From assembly GCA_002269645.1 (NCBI GenBank), contig NIVC01000032.1, positions 1,116,001 through 1,180,000 on the forward strand: a DNA stretch of 64,000 nucleotides, written 5' to 3'. The DNA is from Macrostomum lignano. Taxonomy: Eukaryota. The notes below the pieces were generated by a model. That model did not search any database, had not been told where the DNA came from, and saw only the letters and a program-made list of their open reading frames with translations. Below are positions 49,309 through 61,362 of this stretch, one piece after another (the stretch's first letter is position 1; each line of letters starts with the position of its first letter). Position numbers and translations under genes: made by a program.

Positions 49309-50247
49309 ACAGTTTTTACGTCTTCTAGTAGGAAACATTTTCTGCAGAAACAGTCAAATTTGATTTATTGGTGTTTAATTTAATTATGCAATTTAAAAAT
49401 CTTGATTTTTTCTGAATTTTTTTCTACCAATGAAAACATTTTACATTGATTAAATATTTTCATCGACAAATATTTTTTAGCATAATTCATTGACAAAAAA
49501 AATTTTCTAATAAATTTATCTGCGAATTAAAGCAACGTAAATTGATATTGTTGATTTGTTTACACTTAATAAATCGATACAACATTTCTTTTTATGTTGT
49601 GTTTCTTTTCTGCTTTCATCAGAGCGTACGATTGACATTATTAGGGAAGTTTTAAGGAGTTTTCTATTGCTTGATCATGGAGTTAAAATGATGACATCTG
49701 GATTGGAAACTTATCGTTTATAACAAAAATTACATATCAATACTAACAAGAGTGCTGGACTCGCATTGTCCAATAAGCTGCAATGTGAGGCAATCCTGCC
49801 CATCCCGATAACTCCTGAACACAAAAGCGCGCCCTCTGCGGCAGCACACGGAAACGAACCAGGGGGTCCCTGCGAGAGAGTTAAACGCGTTTAGCACTGA
49901 GCTGAGGCGCCAGCTCGCTACATAGCATGGAAATATCTAATTCATACGCTCGTATACAAAAATTAATGGATTGACGTGTACATATAACATTCAACTTAAT
50001 GTTCACACATGGTCATGGCTGACATTCTATTCACCGCTTATAACCCTAAGCTGGAGTTGTCAGAGTTTTTCAAATCTAACATACAATGGCTTTGAGTAAA
50101 CCACCTGCTAATGTAAACTGATTGCTTAAACGCGGCCTCTGTGAATCAACATGAGCTGTCGATTTATGCGAAGCCACTGTTCCCTCGAGAAATTCAATAA
50201 ATAAAAGCAGCAATTAATCAAAGTACTTTTCTTCAAGTGCCAACAAG

Positions 50248-51270
50248 ATGCCGATGAAACTGGCCATCCTGGGAGCCACGGGCCCCACCGGGTTGCTGCT
50301 GGTAGACCAGGCACTCGCAAGGGGCCACCAGGTGGTCGCTGTGGTCCGCAGCCCGGATAAGCTGGGCTCTGACAGGCTGACACAGCCTGGCCTGACAGTC
50401 AAACAGGTGCCTGACATGTCGGCTGCCGCTGGAGAGGCCGAGCAGAAACTGCTGGCTGAGGCCTTCGAGGGTATGTGGCTCAGCTTCTTCCCGATCGGGA
50501 AGAAGTCGACTAGCTGGATTCTTCCCAAAATTAAACGGGATTCTTCCCAACACTTAAGGGGAATCTTCTCAACACTAAGGGATTCTTGCCAACACTAGGA
50601 GTGATTCTTCCCAACACTAGGAGTGATTCTTCCCAACACTAAGAGTGATTCTTCCCAACACTAAGAGTGATTCTTCCCAAGTAGAGATTCTTCCCCAAAG
50701 ATAATCAACAGTATGCTTTTAGCTTTGCTAAAAATATTTACTTGCTGCTTCTACTACTCGTAGTAATATGTGTCGCATCGTTTATTTTTCTCAAACTAAA
50801 CTTTTGCAGGCTGCGATGCGATTCTGTCAGCCTTGGGCACCACAGTCAGCCTTTTCCGCATCGACCTGATGACGGACGCTGTGCCAGCAATTGTGGCAGC
50901 CATGCGATCAGCTAAGGTGTCCCGGTTTATCCTGCTGACAGCCCAGTGCACCGTCTACCGTCCCGAGCACCCGAAGCTGGTCGAATGGCTGGTAAAGCCG
51001 CTGTTTATTGGTCGGAATCTGGCGGATTTCTGGCGCGCCGAGTGTCACCTGACTGAGCAGTGCTCCGACATCAACTTCACCGTGGTGAAGCCGCCAGGTT
51101 TGTCCAACCAGCCGCTGGACGAGCAGAGAGAGATGAAGGCTGTCGAAGGGCAATTCGTGCCGAATGCTTCCGAGCTTTACGTACCGAGAGCCAACGCGGC
51201 CAAGTTCATGCTGGACTGTGCCGAGTCTGATGAAGCCTGGTCCAAGAAGCTGGTGGCTATCCAGTACTAA
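50248..51270 (+). CDS. BLVRB: BLVRB-like copy 3; exons 50248-50470, 50810-51270 (227 aa)
   Basis: Same exon lengths (223+461) and phase; variant segments TTVSL, PPGLSNQP, PNASELYVPRANAA. Confidence 0.85.
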
Positions 51271-51499
51271 TGAACTGAATATATTCATTGATTTTTCAGT
51301 TCTTGCCTATTTTTTATCAGGTCACAATAACAATAGACCGTAATGAACATTATTATGTAATTTCGATTTTAGTCGTCATCAATCATAGGCCTTTTTTATA
51401 TATAAGATAAATTCGGCTGTTTGTCAACTTTTTAAATTGTTTACCCTACTGTAACTGCAGATTTATTGCTCTCATTTAATAAGTACATGTTGAGCCAGA

Positions 51500-52440
51500 T
51501 AGACAGGTTAGGGCATAGAGACAGTTTGGGTCATAGATAGGTTAGGTCACACGCAGATTAGGTCATAGACATATTAGATCATAGGCAGATTAGGTCATAG
51601 ACAGATTAGGTCATAGACAGATTAGGTCATATACAGATTAGTTCATAGACAGATTAGGTCATAGACAGATTAGGTCATAGACAGATTAGGTCATAGACAG
51701 ATTAGGTCATAGACAGATTAGGTCACACGCAGTTTAGGTCATAGACAGATTAGGTCATAGACAGATTAAGTCATAGACAGATTAGGTCATAGACAGATTA
51801 GGTCATGGACAGATTAGGTCATAGACAGATTAAGTCATAGACAGATTAGGTCATAGACAGATTAGGTCATATACAGATTAGGTCATAGACAGATTAGGTC
51901 ATAGACAGATTAGGTCATGGGCGGATTAAGTCATAGACAGATTAGGTCATAGACAGATTAGGTCACACGCAGATTAGGTCATAGACAGATTAGGTCATAG
52001 ACAGATTAGGTCATAGACAGATTAGGTCATGGGCGGATTAAGTCATAGACAGATTAGGTCATAGACAGATTAGGTCACACGCAGATTAGGTCATAGACAG
52101 ATTAGGTCATATACAGATTAGGTCATAGACAGATTAGGTCATGGACAGATTAGGTCATAGACAGATTAGGTCATAGACAGATTAGGTCATAGACAGATTA
52201 GGTCATAGACAGATTAGGTCATAGACAAATTCTGTCATAGACAGATTAGGTCATAGACAGATTAGGTCATAGACAGATTAGTTCATAGACAGATTAGGCC
52301 ATGGGCGGATTAGGTCATAGACAGATTAGGTCATAGACTAGTTAGTTCATAGACAGATTAGGTCATAGACAAATTCGGTCATAGACAGATTAGGTCATAG
52401 ACTAGTTAGTTCATAGACAGATTAGGTCATAGACAGTCAT
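51500..52440 (+). repeat. 16-bp minisatellite (TTAGGTCATAGACAGA)n between copies 3 and 4
   Basis: More than 50 tandem units. Confidence 0.96.
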
Positions 52441-52640
52441 ACGATAAGATTCGTTCATAAACCGATTAAACCAGTAAATTCAGCTTTCGATTTAAAAAAT
52501 GCAAAACAATTTCTAAATGCCTGCTCGACTTAACCAACCAATTCATGCAACTCTGCTGCAGACGAACTCCATCAAATCGAAGCCCTACGTTCAGCTAATC
52601 AGTCAATAAACTCAAATTTTTTTCTTAAATTTGATATAAA

Positions 52641-54511
52641 ATGGCGATGAAACTGGCCATCCTGGGAGCCACGGGCCCCACTGGGTTGCTGCTGGTAGAC
52701 CAGGCTCTTGCCAGGGGCCACCAGGTGGTCGCTGTGGTCCGCAGCCCGGATAAGCTGGGCTCTGACAGGCTGACACAGCCTGGCCTGACAGTCAAACAGG
52801 TGCCTGACATGTCGGCTGCGGCTGGAGAGGCCGAGCAGAAACTGCTGGCTGAGGCCTTCGAGGGTTGGTTGATTTTCTGTATAGCTTGTCCTGTGTTTGG
52901 TTGGATAGATTTGGTCAAAGACAATTTCTCATTCATTTAGTCATAAATAGATTTGGAAAAATACATTTGACGATTGATACAATTGGTCATAAAACTTGTT
53001 CATAGATGGATTTCGTCATTGATAGGTAAATGCATACATAAAATTATTCATTGGTCATAAAATAGATTCGGTAATTTGATAGATCTGGTCATAGACAGTT
53101 TGGTTCATAGACAGTTTAGGTCATAGACAGTTTAGGTCATAGACAGCTTAGGTCATAGACAGATTAGGTCATAGACATTTTGGTTCATAGACAGTTTGGT
53201 TCATAGACAGTTTAGGTCATAGACAGTTTAGGTCATAGATAGCTTAGGTCATAGACAGTTTAGGTCATAGACAGATTAGGTCATACACAGTTTAGGTCAT
53301 AGATAGCTTAGGTCATAGACAGTTTAGGTCATAGACAGTTTAGGTCATAGACAGATTAGGTCATAGACAGTTTGGTTCATAGACAGCTTGATCCATAGAC
53401 AGATTAGGTCATACACAGTTTAGGTCATAGACAGATTAGGTCATAGACAGTTTGGTTCATAGACAGCTTGATCCATAGACAGATTAGGTCATACACAGTT
53501 TAGGTCATAGATAGCTTAGGTCATAGACAGTTTAGGTCATAGACAGTTTGGGTCATAGACAGATTAGGTCATAGACAGTTTGGTTCATAGACAGTTTAGG
53601 TCATAGACAGCTTGATCCATAGACAGATTAGGTCATACACAGTTTAGGTCATAGACAGATTAGGTCATAGACAGTTTGGTTCATAGACAGTTTGGTTCAT
53701 AGACAGTTTAGGTCATAGACAGTTTGTTTCATAGACAGTTTGGTTCATAGGCAGTTTGGTTCATAGATAGCTTGATCCATAGACAGATTAGGTCATACAC
53801 AGTTTAGGTCATAGATAGCTTAGGTCATAGACAGTTTAAGTCATATACAGTTTGGGTCATAGACAGATTAGGTCATAGACAGTTTGGTTCATAGACAGTT
53901 TAGGTCATAGACAGTTTGGTTCATAGACAGTTTAGGTCATAGACAGTTTAGGTCATAGACAGACTGGGTCGTAAGTCATGTGTTGTGCAATTGCATCATG
54001 CTCAGATCTCAGATGCTCCAGCTTTGCTTCCTAAATGTTGAAATTCGCAGGCTGCGACGCGGTTCTGTCAGCCCTGGGCGCCACAGTCAGCCTGTTCCGC
54101 ATCGACCTGATGACGGACGCTGTGCCAGCAATTGTGGCAGCCATGCGATCAGCCAAGGTGTCCCGGTTTATCCTGCTGACAGCCCAGTGCACCGTCTACC
54201 GTCCCGAGCATCCGAAGCTGGTTGAATTGCTGATCAAGCCGCTTCTAATCGGCCGAAACATGGACGACTTTTGGCGCGCCGAGTGTCACCTGACTGAGCA
54301 GTGCTCCGACATCAACTTTACCGTGGTGAAGCCGCCGGGTTTAACCAATCAACCGCTGGACGAGCAGAGAGAGATGAAGGCTGCCGAAGGGCAATTCGTG
54401 CCGGAAGCTGCTGACAGACGAATGCCCAGAGCCAACGTGGCCAAGTTCATGCTGGACTGTGCGGAGTCTGATGAAGCCTGGTCCAAGAAGCTGGTGGCTA
54501 TCCAGTTTTAA
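52641..54511 (+). CDS. BLVRB: BLVRB-like copy 4; exons 52641-52863, 54051-54511 (227 aa)
   Basis: Same exon lengths; variants MAMK, ATVSL, ELLIKPLLIGRNMDD, PEAADRRMPRANVA; the intron is unrelated to those of copies 1-3. Confidence 0.85.
53085..53970 (+). repeat. 16-bp minisatellite (TTAGGTCATAGACAG(T/A))n in the copy-4 intron
   Basis: Same family as 51500-52440. Confidence 0.96.
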
Positions 54512-54632
54512 AAAAAACTTGCTGTCCTTTTTGATTGACAATGTGTTTTGTGAAGTTCTTACGTTCCGTTTTGTTTTAAATAATAGACGCGAACAATAAC
54601 GCTACGAATCTCCATTTAGTTTAGTTTGAAGA

Positions 54633-55247
54633 TACTAAAATAACTAGATGGGCCACTCAGACTCAGGCATACTTGGTAAAACAGCTGTCTATATACTTTC
54701 AGTTCAGTAGCAAAGAAGAATGGATAAGCTATTTTATAAAAATTAAGGCAGCTGAAATGACTTTGAGAAGCCCCAAGCTTTGTAGGCGTAAACAACTTGC
54801 TAATTGGTTCACCAATAATGTACATTAGCCAGTCCACTAAAATGTACATTGCAGCTTTTGCCTGGAATTCCGAGAAGGGCAATAAAAATTGGGGCGGGCG
54901 GGGGGTGGTGTGGAAAGGCGCGGTTGTAGGGTTTAAGCTAGGCGGTATTAGGCTGGAATTCCGAGAAGGCAATAAAAATTGGGGCGGGCGGGGGGTGGTG
55001 TGGAAAGGCGCGGTTGTAGGGTTTAAGCTAGGCGGTATTAGGCTGGAATTCCGAGAAGGGCAATAAAAATTGGGGCGGGCGGGGGGTGGTGTGGAAAGGC
55101 GCGGTTGTAGGGTTAAGCTAGGCAGTAAGAGCCAATAAAATGAGCTTGGCTTTAAAAATACAGTAAAATGCTTCAGTTTAACTTACTACTAAACTGAAAG
55201 TAGCCTAAACGCAAATGTTCTTAGTGGCCCATCTAGTTATTCTAGTA
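54633..55247. mobile_element. MITE family copy 2: 25-bp TIRs, inner IR, and internal about 92-bp G-rich triplication
   Basis: TACTAAAATAACTAGATGGGCCACT (54633-54657) pairs with 55223-55247 (1 mismatch); inner IR 54694-54710 / 55186-55202. Confidence 0.85.
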
Positions 55248-55769
55248 CTTTGTGGTTTTTAAAAAACTTGTTGTCCTTTTTCGACTGACAATGTGCTTCA
55301 CGAAGTTCTTACATTCATTAAAAAAGTAACGAATCTCTACTTTAACTCTAACAGCTAATTCTAACAGCTCGAATCTCTAACAGCAAATTTTATTTCTACA
55401 TTTTATTGCGTGTTTTATTGAATACAATTCTAACTAACATCCGTTTTTGGAAAACCTTATTATTTTTATTATTGCTGGTTTTTGTATTTTATGATTATTA
55501 GAATTAGTTGAACTAATTCATACAACGAAAGAAATATGCTCATGGTAGTTTTATCCTAACATGTGTATGTTTTTGATGAATTCTACTAGAATTTTCACTG
55601 TCTCGATCTTCTTGGGTCATTAGGTACAATACGAGTACTTTAGCCTTGGTAGTATTTAAGGTTTTTAGGTTTTTAAACCTTAAACTGTCTCTTTCTCCAG
55701 TTAAGGTCCATGCTTATTGTTGAAATTCATGCGTTGAAAGCAGACGGGGGGCCAGTTCCGCGCCATTCA

Positions 55770-56003
55770 AGTGGTCTCTGATGTGCCAGCGGCCCAGGCT
55801 CGATTCCAAGTGCAGTCGCATTAACTTGGGGCTAAATTGGAATCTCGGCCCTGCAGCTTGAGGGCCAACCCCAAGGCGCAGTGAAGTGTACATGCCTAAC
55901 GATAATATAAAGTTAGTGCCGCTGTACACTCCTGTGTGAGTGTGTGCCTGTGCGTATGACTGCAGCGTACGTATCCGCGCGCTTGTGTGCCTGCTCAGGG
56001 GAG
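55770..56003 (+). mobile_element. tRNA-derived SINE, family 2
   Basis: CTCTGATGTGCCAGCGGCCCAGGCTCGATTCC B-box region; body shared with 32500-32715. Confidence 0.78.
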
Positions 56004-57212
56004 TCGGCGGAATGGGCAGCAATGCCTCTCGCCGGTTGTGCGACAATGTCGCTTAAAGTGCGCCAGGTTGCACTCAGCCCCTGCCATAATTCAGTCTTTA
56101 TATCGGGTTCTGTAACAAGGCTAATAAGCGCAATAAGCTGCTACAAAACACAAAATTAAAATTTCATATATATTGTTAATCCTGATTAATCCATATAATC
56201 CACCGTCAAGGTAAAAATCGTCGTATTCAAAAAGACTGCAATTGATTTTAATTTATCTAAATTGTTTGATTTTTGAAGGGTAAACATTTTCTGGTTAAAA
56301 CATCCGGAAACAATTCAATATTATAGTTACTGATCTAATTTGGACGTATTAATGAATGGATCTTTGATTACCGGTAGGTCTTCAGTACATCTTGACCTTC
56401 TCCAACGCTGGTATCTGAGACACCCGGGATCCTGTTGCGATATAGCTAGTAAATAATGTGCTTCTATAAGCATGGTGTTTGCTTTTAGGCTAAGTAATAA
56501 CAGTGTGATATCATCTACAATACTTCTCGTAAGAAAATAGAGAAATTCACATATCTATTAGGGAAAAGGCTTCTTCCAATCCATGTGTCTTTCTAGACTA
56601 ATAAAACTAGAGAGTTGGAGTCTCTATATTTCTAGAGACTACTAGCGTTATGGCGTCCATGACAGTGGCAATCTGCGTTAGTGGAATCTCTGGAGCTTGC
56701 TGAATCATGTTTAAACATTTGCTTTCCAGACTGTGGACTGAAAGAGACGCTTTTTAAGGAGTCCATGGGTTCGTGCTGCGGACAAGGGGATTGCAAATCC
56801 CGAAAAGAGACATTGTGTTCGAATCCTGAATGAGAAGCAACAGAGACCCTGTCAATCAAAGTTTAGTGAATGAAACCCAGCTGCTTCATTCAATGCGACT
56901 CAGTCAAAAAATTTAGAGAAACCAATTGAAATTGTTTCTTGCTGAACTGCTCAAAGTGTATTTGAGGTGTGGGAAACTGGTATGAATGCTTTAAGTAGTT
57001 TTTTAGTAGAATTTTGGCTTGAATTGCAAGTTTAAGTCAGGGAGTGGTTTGAATCTAGCTATCCAAAATTTAAAAACGCATTCAAATACGGTTGTGCAAT
57101 GCTCATTTTACGTCCTGAAGTTGTTCCTAAGCATTAATATTTACTACCTCATTGAGTTCAAGTTCATGTTTGCCATATCGTGACCAGATGCTGGATGAGC
57201 TTGCATGCGTTC

Positions 57213-57957
57213 TTATTGCAGCACAAACTTCACCCAGTCGTCGCTGTTCTCGATTTCCTGCTCAACCTGGGCGTCACTGAACTGTAGCAGTCGGCACATG
57301 CGAAGGTTTTTGTTGTACAGCACGCTCCTACTGTTCGAGGACTTGCTGGATGCGAAGCACTGAAGCACGTCGTTGACTTGCTGCAGCTCGATGTAGCAGT
57401 TCTGCTTATTGTATTCAGTGCGTTTAAAGGGCACCTGCACCCAGGTGGCGCAATTGACGGCTTTTGGGATGGAGCCAATTCGCATGCAAAACCCTTGGTC
57501 ATCAGTTTATTTTGGCATTGCTAATCGACAAGCTGATGGTTGTTGTCGTTTGACAGGAACACGCAGTCCTGATTCCCGTTGAACTGTTCGGCATCCCGCG
57601 TGCCCACAGCATGTCGTCCAGCGGCAGAATTCCCTTGTCGTTGACCGTCTGCCAGCCTGACCGAGATGCCAGTTGCTCGTCCGCGAGGTCGGTCACTCCG
57701 AGCCACAACTGGCCCGAGTTGTACATGCTCGGCATGTTGCTGAGCAGCTTCAGCGTCTCATACGAGTTGATGAGCTCACCTCCGATCGCTGCGCACTGCC
57801 GGTTGGCCTCACACCAGGTGAAATCTTTAGAATCGTTCACGAAGATGCACTTGCCAGCCTCGATGTTGAACGGTGAAGGGCACGCGGCCTGCTGCTGGGA
57901 CAAGCCAACTTGCATGAGCAGCACTACAAGAATGATCAGAAGAATTCGAGCTTCCAT
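57213..57957 (-). pseudogene. Secreted C-type lectin + PAN/apple protein pseudogene
   Basis: Signal peptide MEARILLIILVVLLMQVGLS; CTL (CPSPF..AGKC, TWCEANRQC, LWLG, WARGMPN); frameshift before FNGNQDC; in-frame TAG after LVD; second frameshift after FACE; then PAN-like QCF...SVLYNKNLRMCRLL*. Confidence 0.8.
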
Positions 57958-58462
57958 AGCAACTAAAGCGCAAGCTGGAGATGCAGGGATGCACACACTT
58001 TCTAACGAAGAGAATGCTGAAATTCAGACACAGATCCTCTACGAAGAAGCTGTCATGGGAGGCACACTTTTATGCTTTTCTAGCCGCTTGATATTTTGGC
58101 CCAAATTATTTTAGAACAAAGCAGAAAATAATTACTTGAATGAAGTGGGCTGAACCTATTCAAAACAGGTTAATTCATTTTTTACAGGGGATGCTGCAGC
58201 TGCTTTGCCCATTCTTCTTTAGAGGCTTAAAATGAGGCATTGAATGAACAGATCACGATCACAATTGAGTGACAGGCATGCGATCTCTTTTCAGATTTGG
58301 CAGTCACTCTGTTTCGGAAGCTCAGGGCAGTCTGAATACTTTGAAGAAAGATCAAACAGCGTCAACTTTCAAGTCCTCGCACTGTTCGCAAATGTTGGAT
58401 TCAGCTTGAATGCTGGGTCGCTTCTTAATTAGAAAGCCAAAATTTCTTTATTTGTCGTTAAG

Positions 58463-58634
58463 CTGTACTCTTCACTGTGCCTTGGTGGTTGGCCCTCAAG
58501 CTGGGCGTTAATTGCACGAGCAGAGCCAAAGCCGGGATTCCAAATTAGCCACAAATTAATGCGACTGCACTTGGAATCGAGCCTGGGCCGCTGGCACATC
58601 AGAGCGCCGCGCTGGCCTACTGGGCTACGGCCCC
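58463..58634 (-). mobile_element. tRNA-derived SINE, family 2, with intact head
   Basis: Minus strand GGGGCCGTAGCCCAGTAGG (A-box-like) ... GGCTCGATTCC (B-box-like), then the family-2 body. Confidence 0.78.
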
Positions 58635-59154
58635 TTTGCAGACTAGGAACTCGGCACCTAAAGCACCTAGCCTATCCCCAGTAGAAACAACGTGTCCTAC
58701 CGCTTCAGCTCTCCAGACATCGTGCAGAACAGGTCTGACGGTCTGTCCGGAGTCATCATCGGTTTGACAGCGTGAGTACTACATGCAGCTATAAAACACA
58801 CGAAATATTCATCCATAGTAAATATGTCCCAATCAATCCACTGATAGTACTGTAAAATCGCTCCTCTAGTAGATCAGAAAACATGCAACACAAAGATTTT
58901 TCTTAATCCCTGTACTGAATTTTTTTGCTGCGTCTGCTTCAAAGTTACGTCTCATATATTTAGCAATAATGTAAATCATGTACCAAACAAACAAACAAAC
59001 ATAGAAAAGAATTTTTTGCATTGGATGCGTGTGTTGAACATTCGAGCTGAATATTTTTTACCAGGAATTATCTATTATAATAATCTGTGTGTGTCTCCGT
59101 TTATTAATTGTTTGTTAAACCAGATTTAAACGTTGAAATCGTCGAACTGCATCA

Positions 59155-59385
59155 ATAGAGGCACTCATTTTGGCGCCGCAGGCACTCATTTTGGCGAAGC
59201 AGGCACTCATTTTGGCGCCGCAGGCACTCATTTTGGCGAAGCAGGCACTCATTTTGGCGAAGCAGGCACTCATTTTGGCGCCGCAGGCACTCATTTTGGC
59301 GAAGCAGGCACTCATTTTGGCGCCGCAGGCACTCATTTTGGCGAAGCAGGCACTCATTTTAGCGCCGTAGGCACGATTTTGGCGC
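59155..59385 (+). repeat. 21-bp minisatellite (GCACTCATTTTGGCG(CC/AA)GCAG)n, about 10 units
   Basis: Tandem units with two alternating variants; a TIR-like end (reverse complement CAGGCGCGTTGCCACC) lies at 59512-59527. Confidence 0.93.
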
Positions 59386-59744
59386 CCTGAAGTAAAATTA
59401 TTGATTGCCATAACGAGTTACAAGGTGGGATAGGTTGGTGGGGACAAAGCATTGGCATGTCCCCCCATAGCTTTTACTGGGGGGGGGGACATTTCCCCAT
59501 CTGTCCCCCCCGGTGGCAACGCGCCTGATTGAACGGTGCCGAACACTCGGCGTGCACTGGGTACGCTAGTTGAGTGCTTCTCTAGTCAACTTCGCAAGGA
59601 TGCTACGAATAAAAATGTAGCCAATGCTTCAGCTAAGTTCTGGTTCTAGAATTCTTTGAGCTAACCTTGTACAAGTCGAGCTGGCGTGTCTGGTGGAGCT
59701 GAAAAACTTCAGATCGCATATTGGGGAGACCCGTTTACCCGAAA

Positions 59745-60365
59745 CAGTTCACCCGTTGGTCAAGTAGCTTTACCCGTTAGTCAGGTGGAGGTTTACCCGT
59801 TAGTCAGGTGGAGGTTTACCCGTTAGTCAGGTGGAGGTTTACCCGTTAGTCAGGTAGCTTTACCCGTTAGTCAGGTGGAGGTTTACCCGTTAGTCAGGTA
59901 GCTTTACCCGTTAGTCAGGTAGCTTTACCCGTTAGTCAGGTAGCTTTACCCGTTAGTCAGGTGGAGGTTTACCCGTTAGTCAGGTGGAGGTTTACCCGTT
60001 AGTCAGGTGGAGGTTTACCCGTTAGTCAGGTGGAGGTTTACCCGTTAGTCAGGTGGAGGTTTACCCGTTAGTCAGGTAGCTTTACCCGTTAGTCAGGTGG
60101 AGGTTTACCCGTTAGTCAGGTAGCTTTACCCGTTAGTCAGGTAGCTTTACCCGCTAGTCAGGTAGCTTTACCCGTTAGTCAGGTAGGTTTACCCGCTAGT
60201 CAGGTAGCTTTACCCGTTAGTCAGGTAGCTTTACCCGTTAGTCAGGTAGCTTTACCCGCTAGTCAGGTAGGTTTACCCGTTAGTCAGGTAGGTTTACCCG
60301 CTAGTCAGGTAGCTTTACCCGTTAGTCAGGTAGCTTTACCCGTTAGTCAGGTAGCTTTACCCGCT
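59745..60365 (+). repeat. 21/22-bp minisatellite (TTTACCCGTTAGTCAGG-TAGC / -TGGAGG)n
   Basis: About 28 tandem units of two main variants. Confidence 0.95.
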
Positions 60366-60577
60366 AGATAGTTACGATTTGATGTTGGCTTTTGCCTAGC
60401 TAGTTGTCAAAGCGGCAGTTATGTATTGCACTGAGTTCCTCACCTGAAGCATTTCTCGGTAGCAATAGATTCAAGATAAAAGTGTTTAACAGATGGCTGC
60501 TTTTCTCAGCACCTGAAAAAATTAGTAATAAGCAAGCAGGATGTAAAAGTTTTTTGGACCACTCCATGCGGCTAAAC

Positions 60578-60757
60578 ATCTGGGGTCGCCACACACCCTC
60601 AATTACCCCAGCTAATGCTCGCACCCATTTTACAGCTGGGTGAACTGAAGCAATGCAGAGTTAAGTGTCTTGCTCAAAGACACAAATCCGTATGGGTCAG
60701 AATCGACCCCCGACCTTTCAGAGGTGAGTCGGACGCTCTAACCACTATATGCTACAA
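60578..60757 (-). mobile_element. tRNA-derived SINE, family 1 (3'-truncated)
   Basis: Homologous to the 27452-27719 head and central domain. Confidence 0.82.
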
Positions 60758-61362
60758 CCCCCCCCCCTAAAAACTCACTACGCACATAAAAAACACATGT
60801 AGGCTTGACTCTAGACAGAAATTTACACGCATGAATTTCAACACGAGTCTTGCTAAAATGCATTGCATCTTCATTAGCAGTGTTTTTAAGCCGCTAAGCT
60901 TCTTTGTAAATTTCACCAGGCCGAGAAGTCTAGCATATAGCAGCTTGTCGATGAAGGCTCTGGAGGAAGCAACCTGAAAACGGAAGCTAAAAAAACAAAA
61001 GATCGCAACAGAAACAATGAGTCGAACAGTTTTTACCCATTCTGTTGACTCAGGAAATGTATCACAAAAAGAAAGAAGACGATTGAGGTTCCGGAGAGCT
61101 GAGTAAACGTTTGGGAGGCAGGTGATGTTTTCTTCAGGTAGATTTGAGAAGAAACTTGATGGAAGATCTGCTAGCTAAGCTATTGTGTGCAAAGTAACAC
61201 GTCCGGTAGGATGCAAACAGCGTCCATCAGTGGAGGCAATCAGCTAAAACGAAACTATATACGATATATATATAGTTCGTATGTAGATTTTACTTTAAAG
61301 CTTCAAAGCTTCAAGAAAACTTACTCTCCGCCTAACTAAAGATTGCGTAAAAAAATTCCGAC

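Noticed and set aside
56330-56860. Coding-like fragments between SINE2 and the lectin pseudogene
   Set aside because: Short, interrupted and not assignable to any family I recognise.
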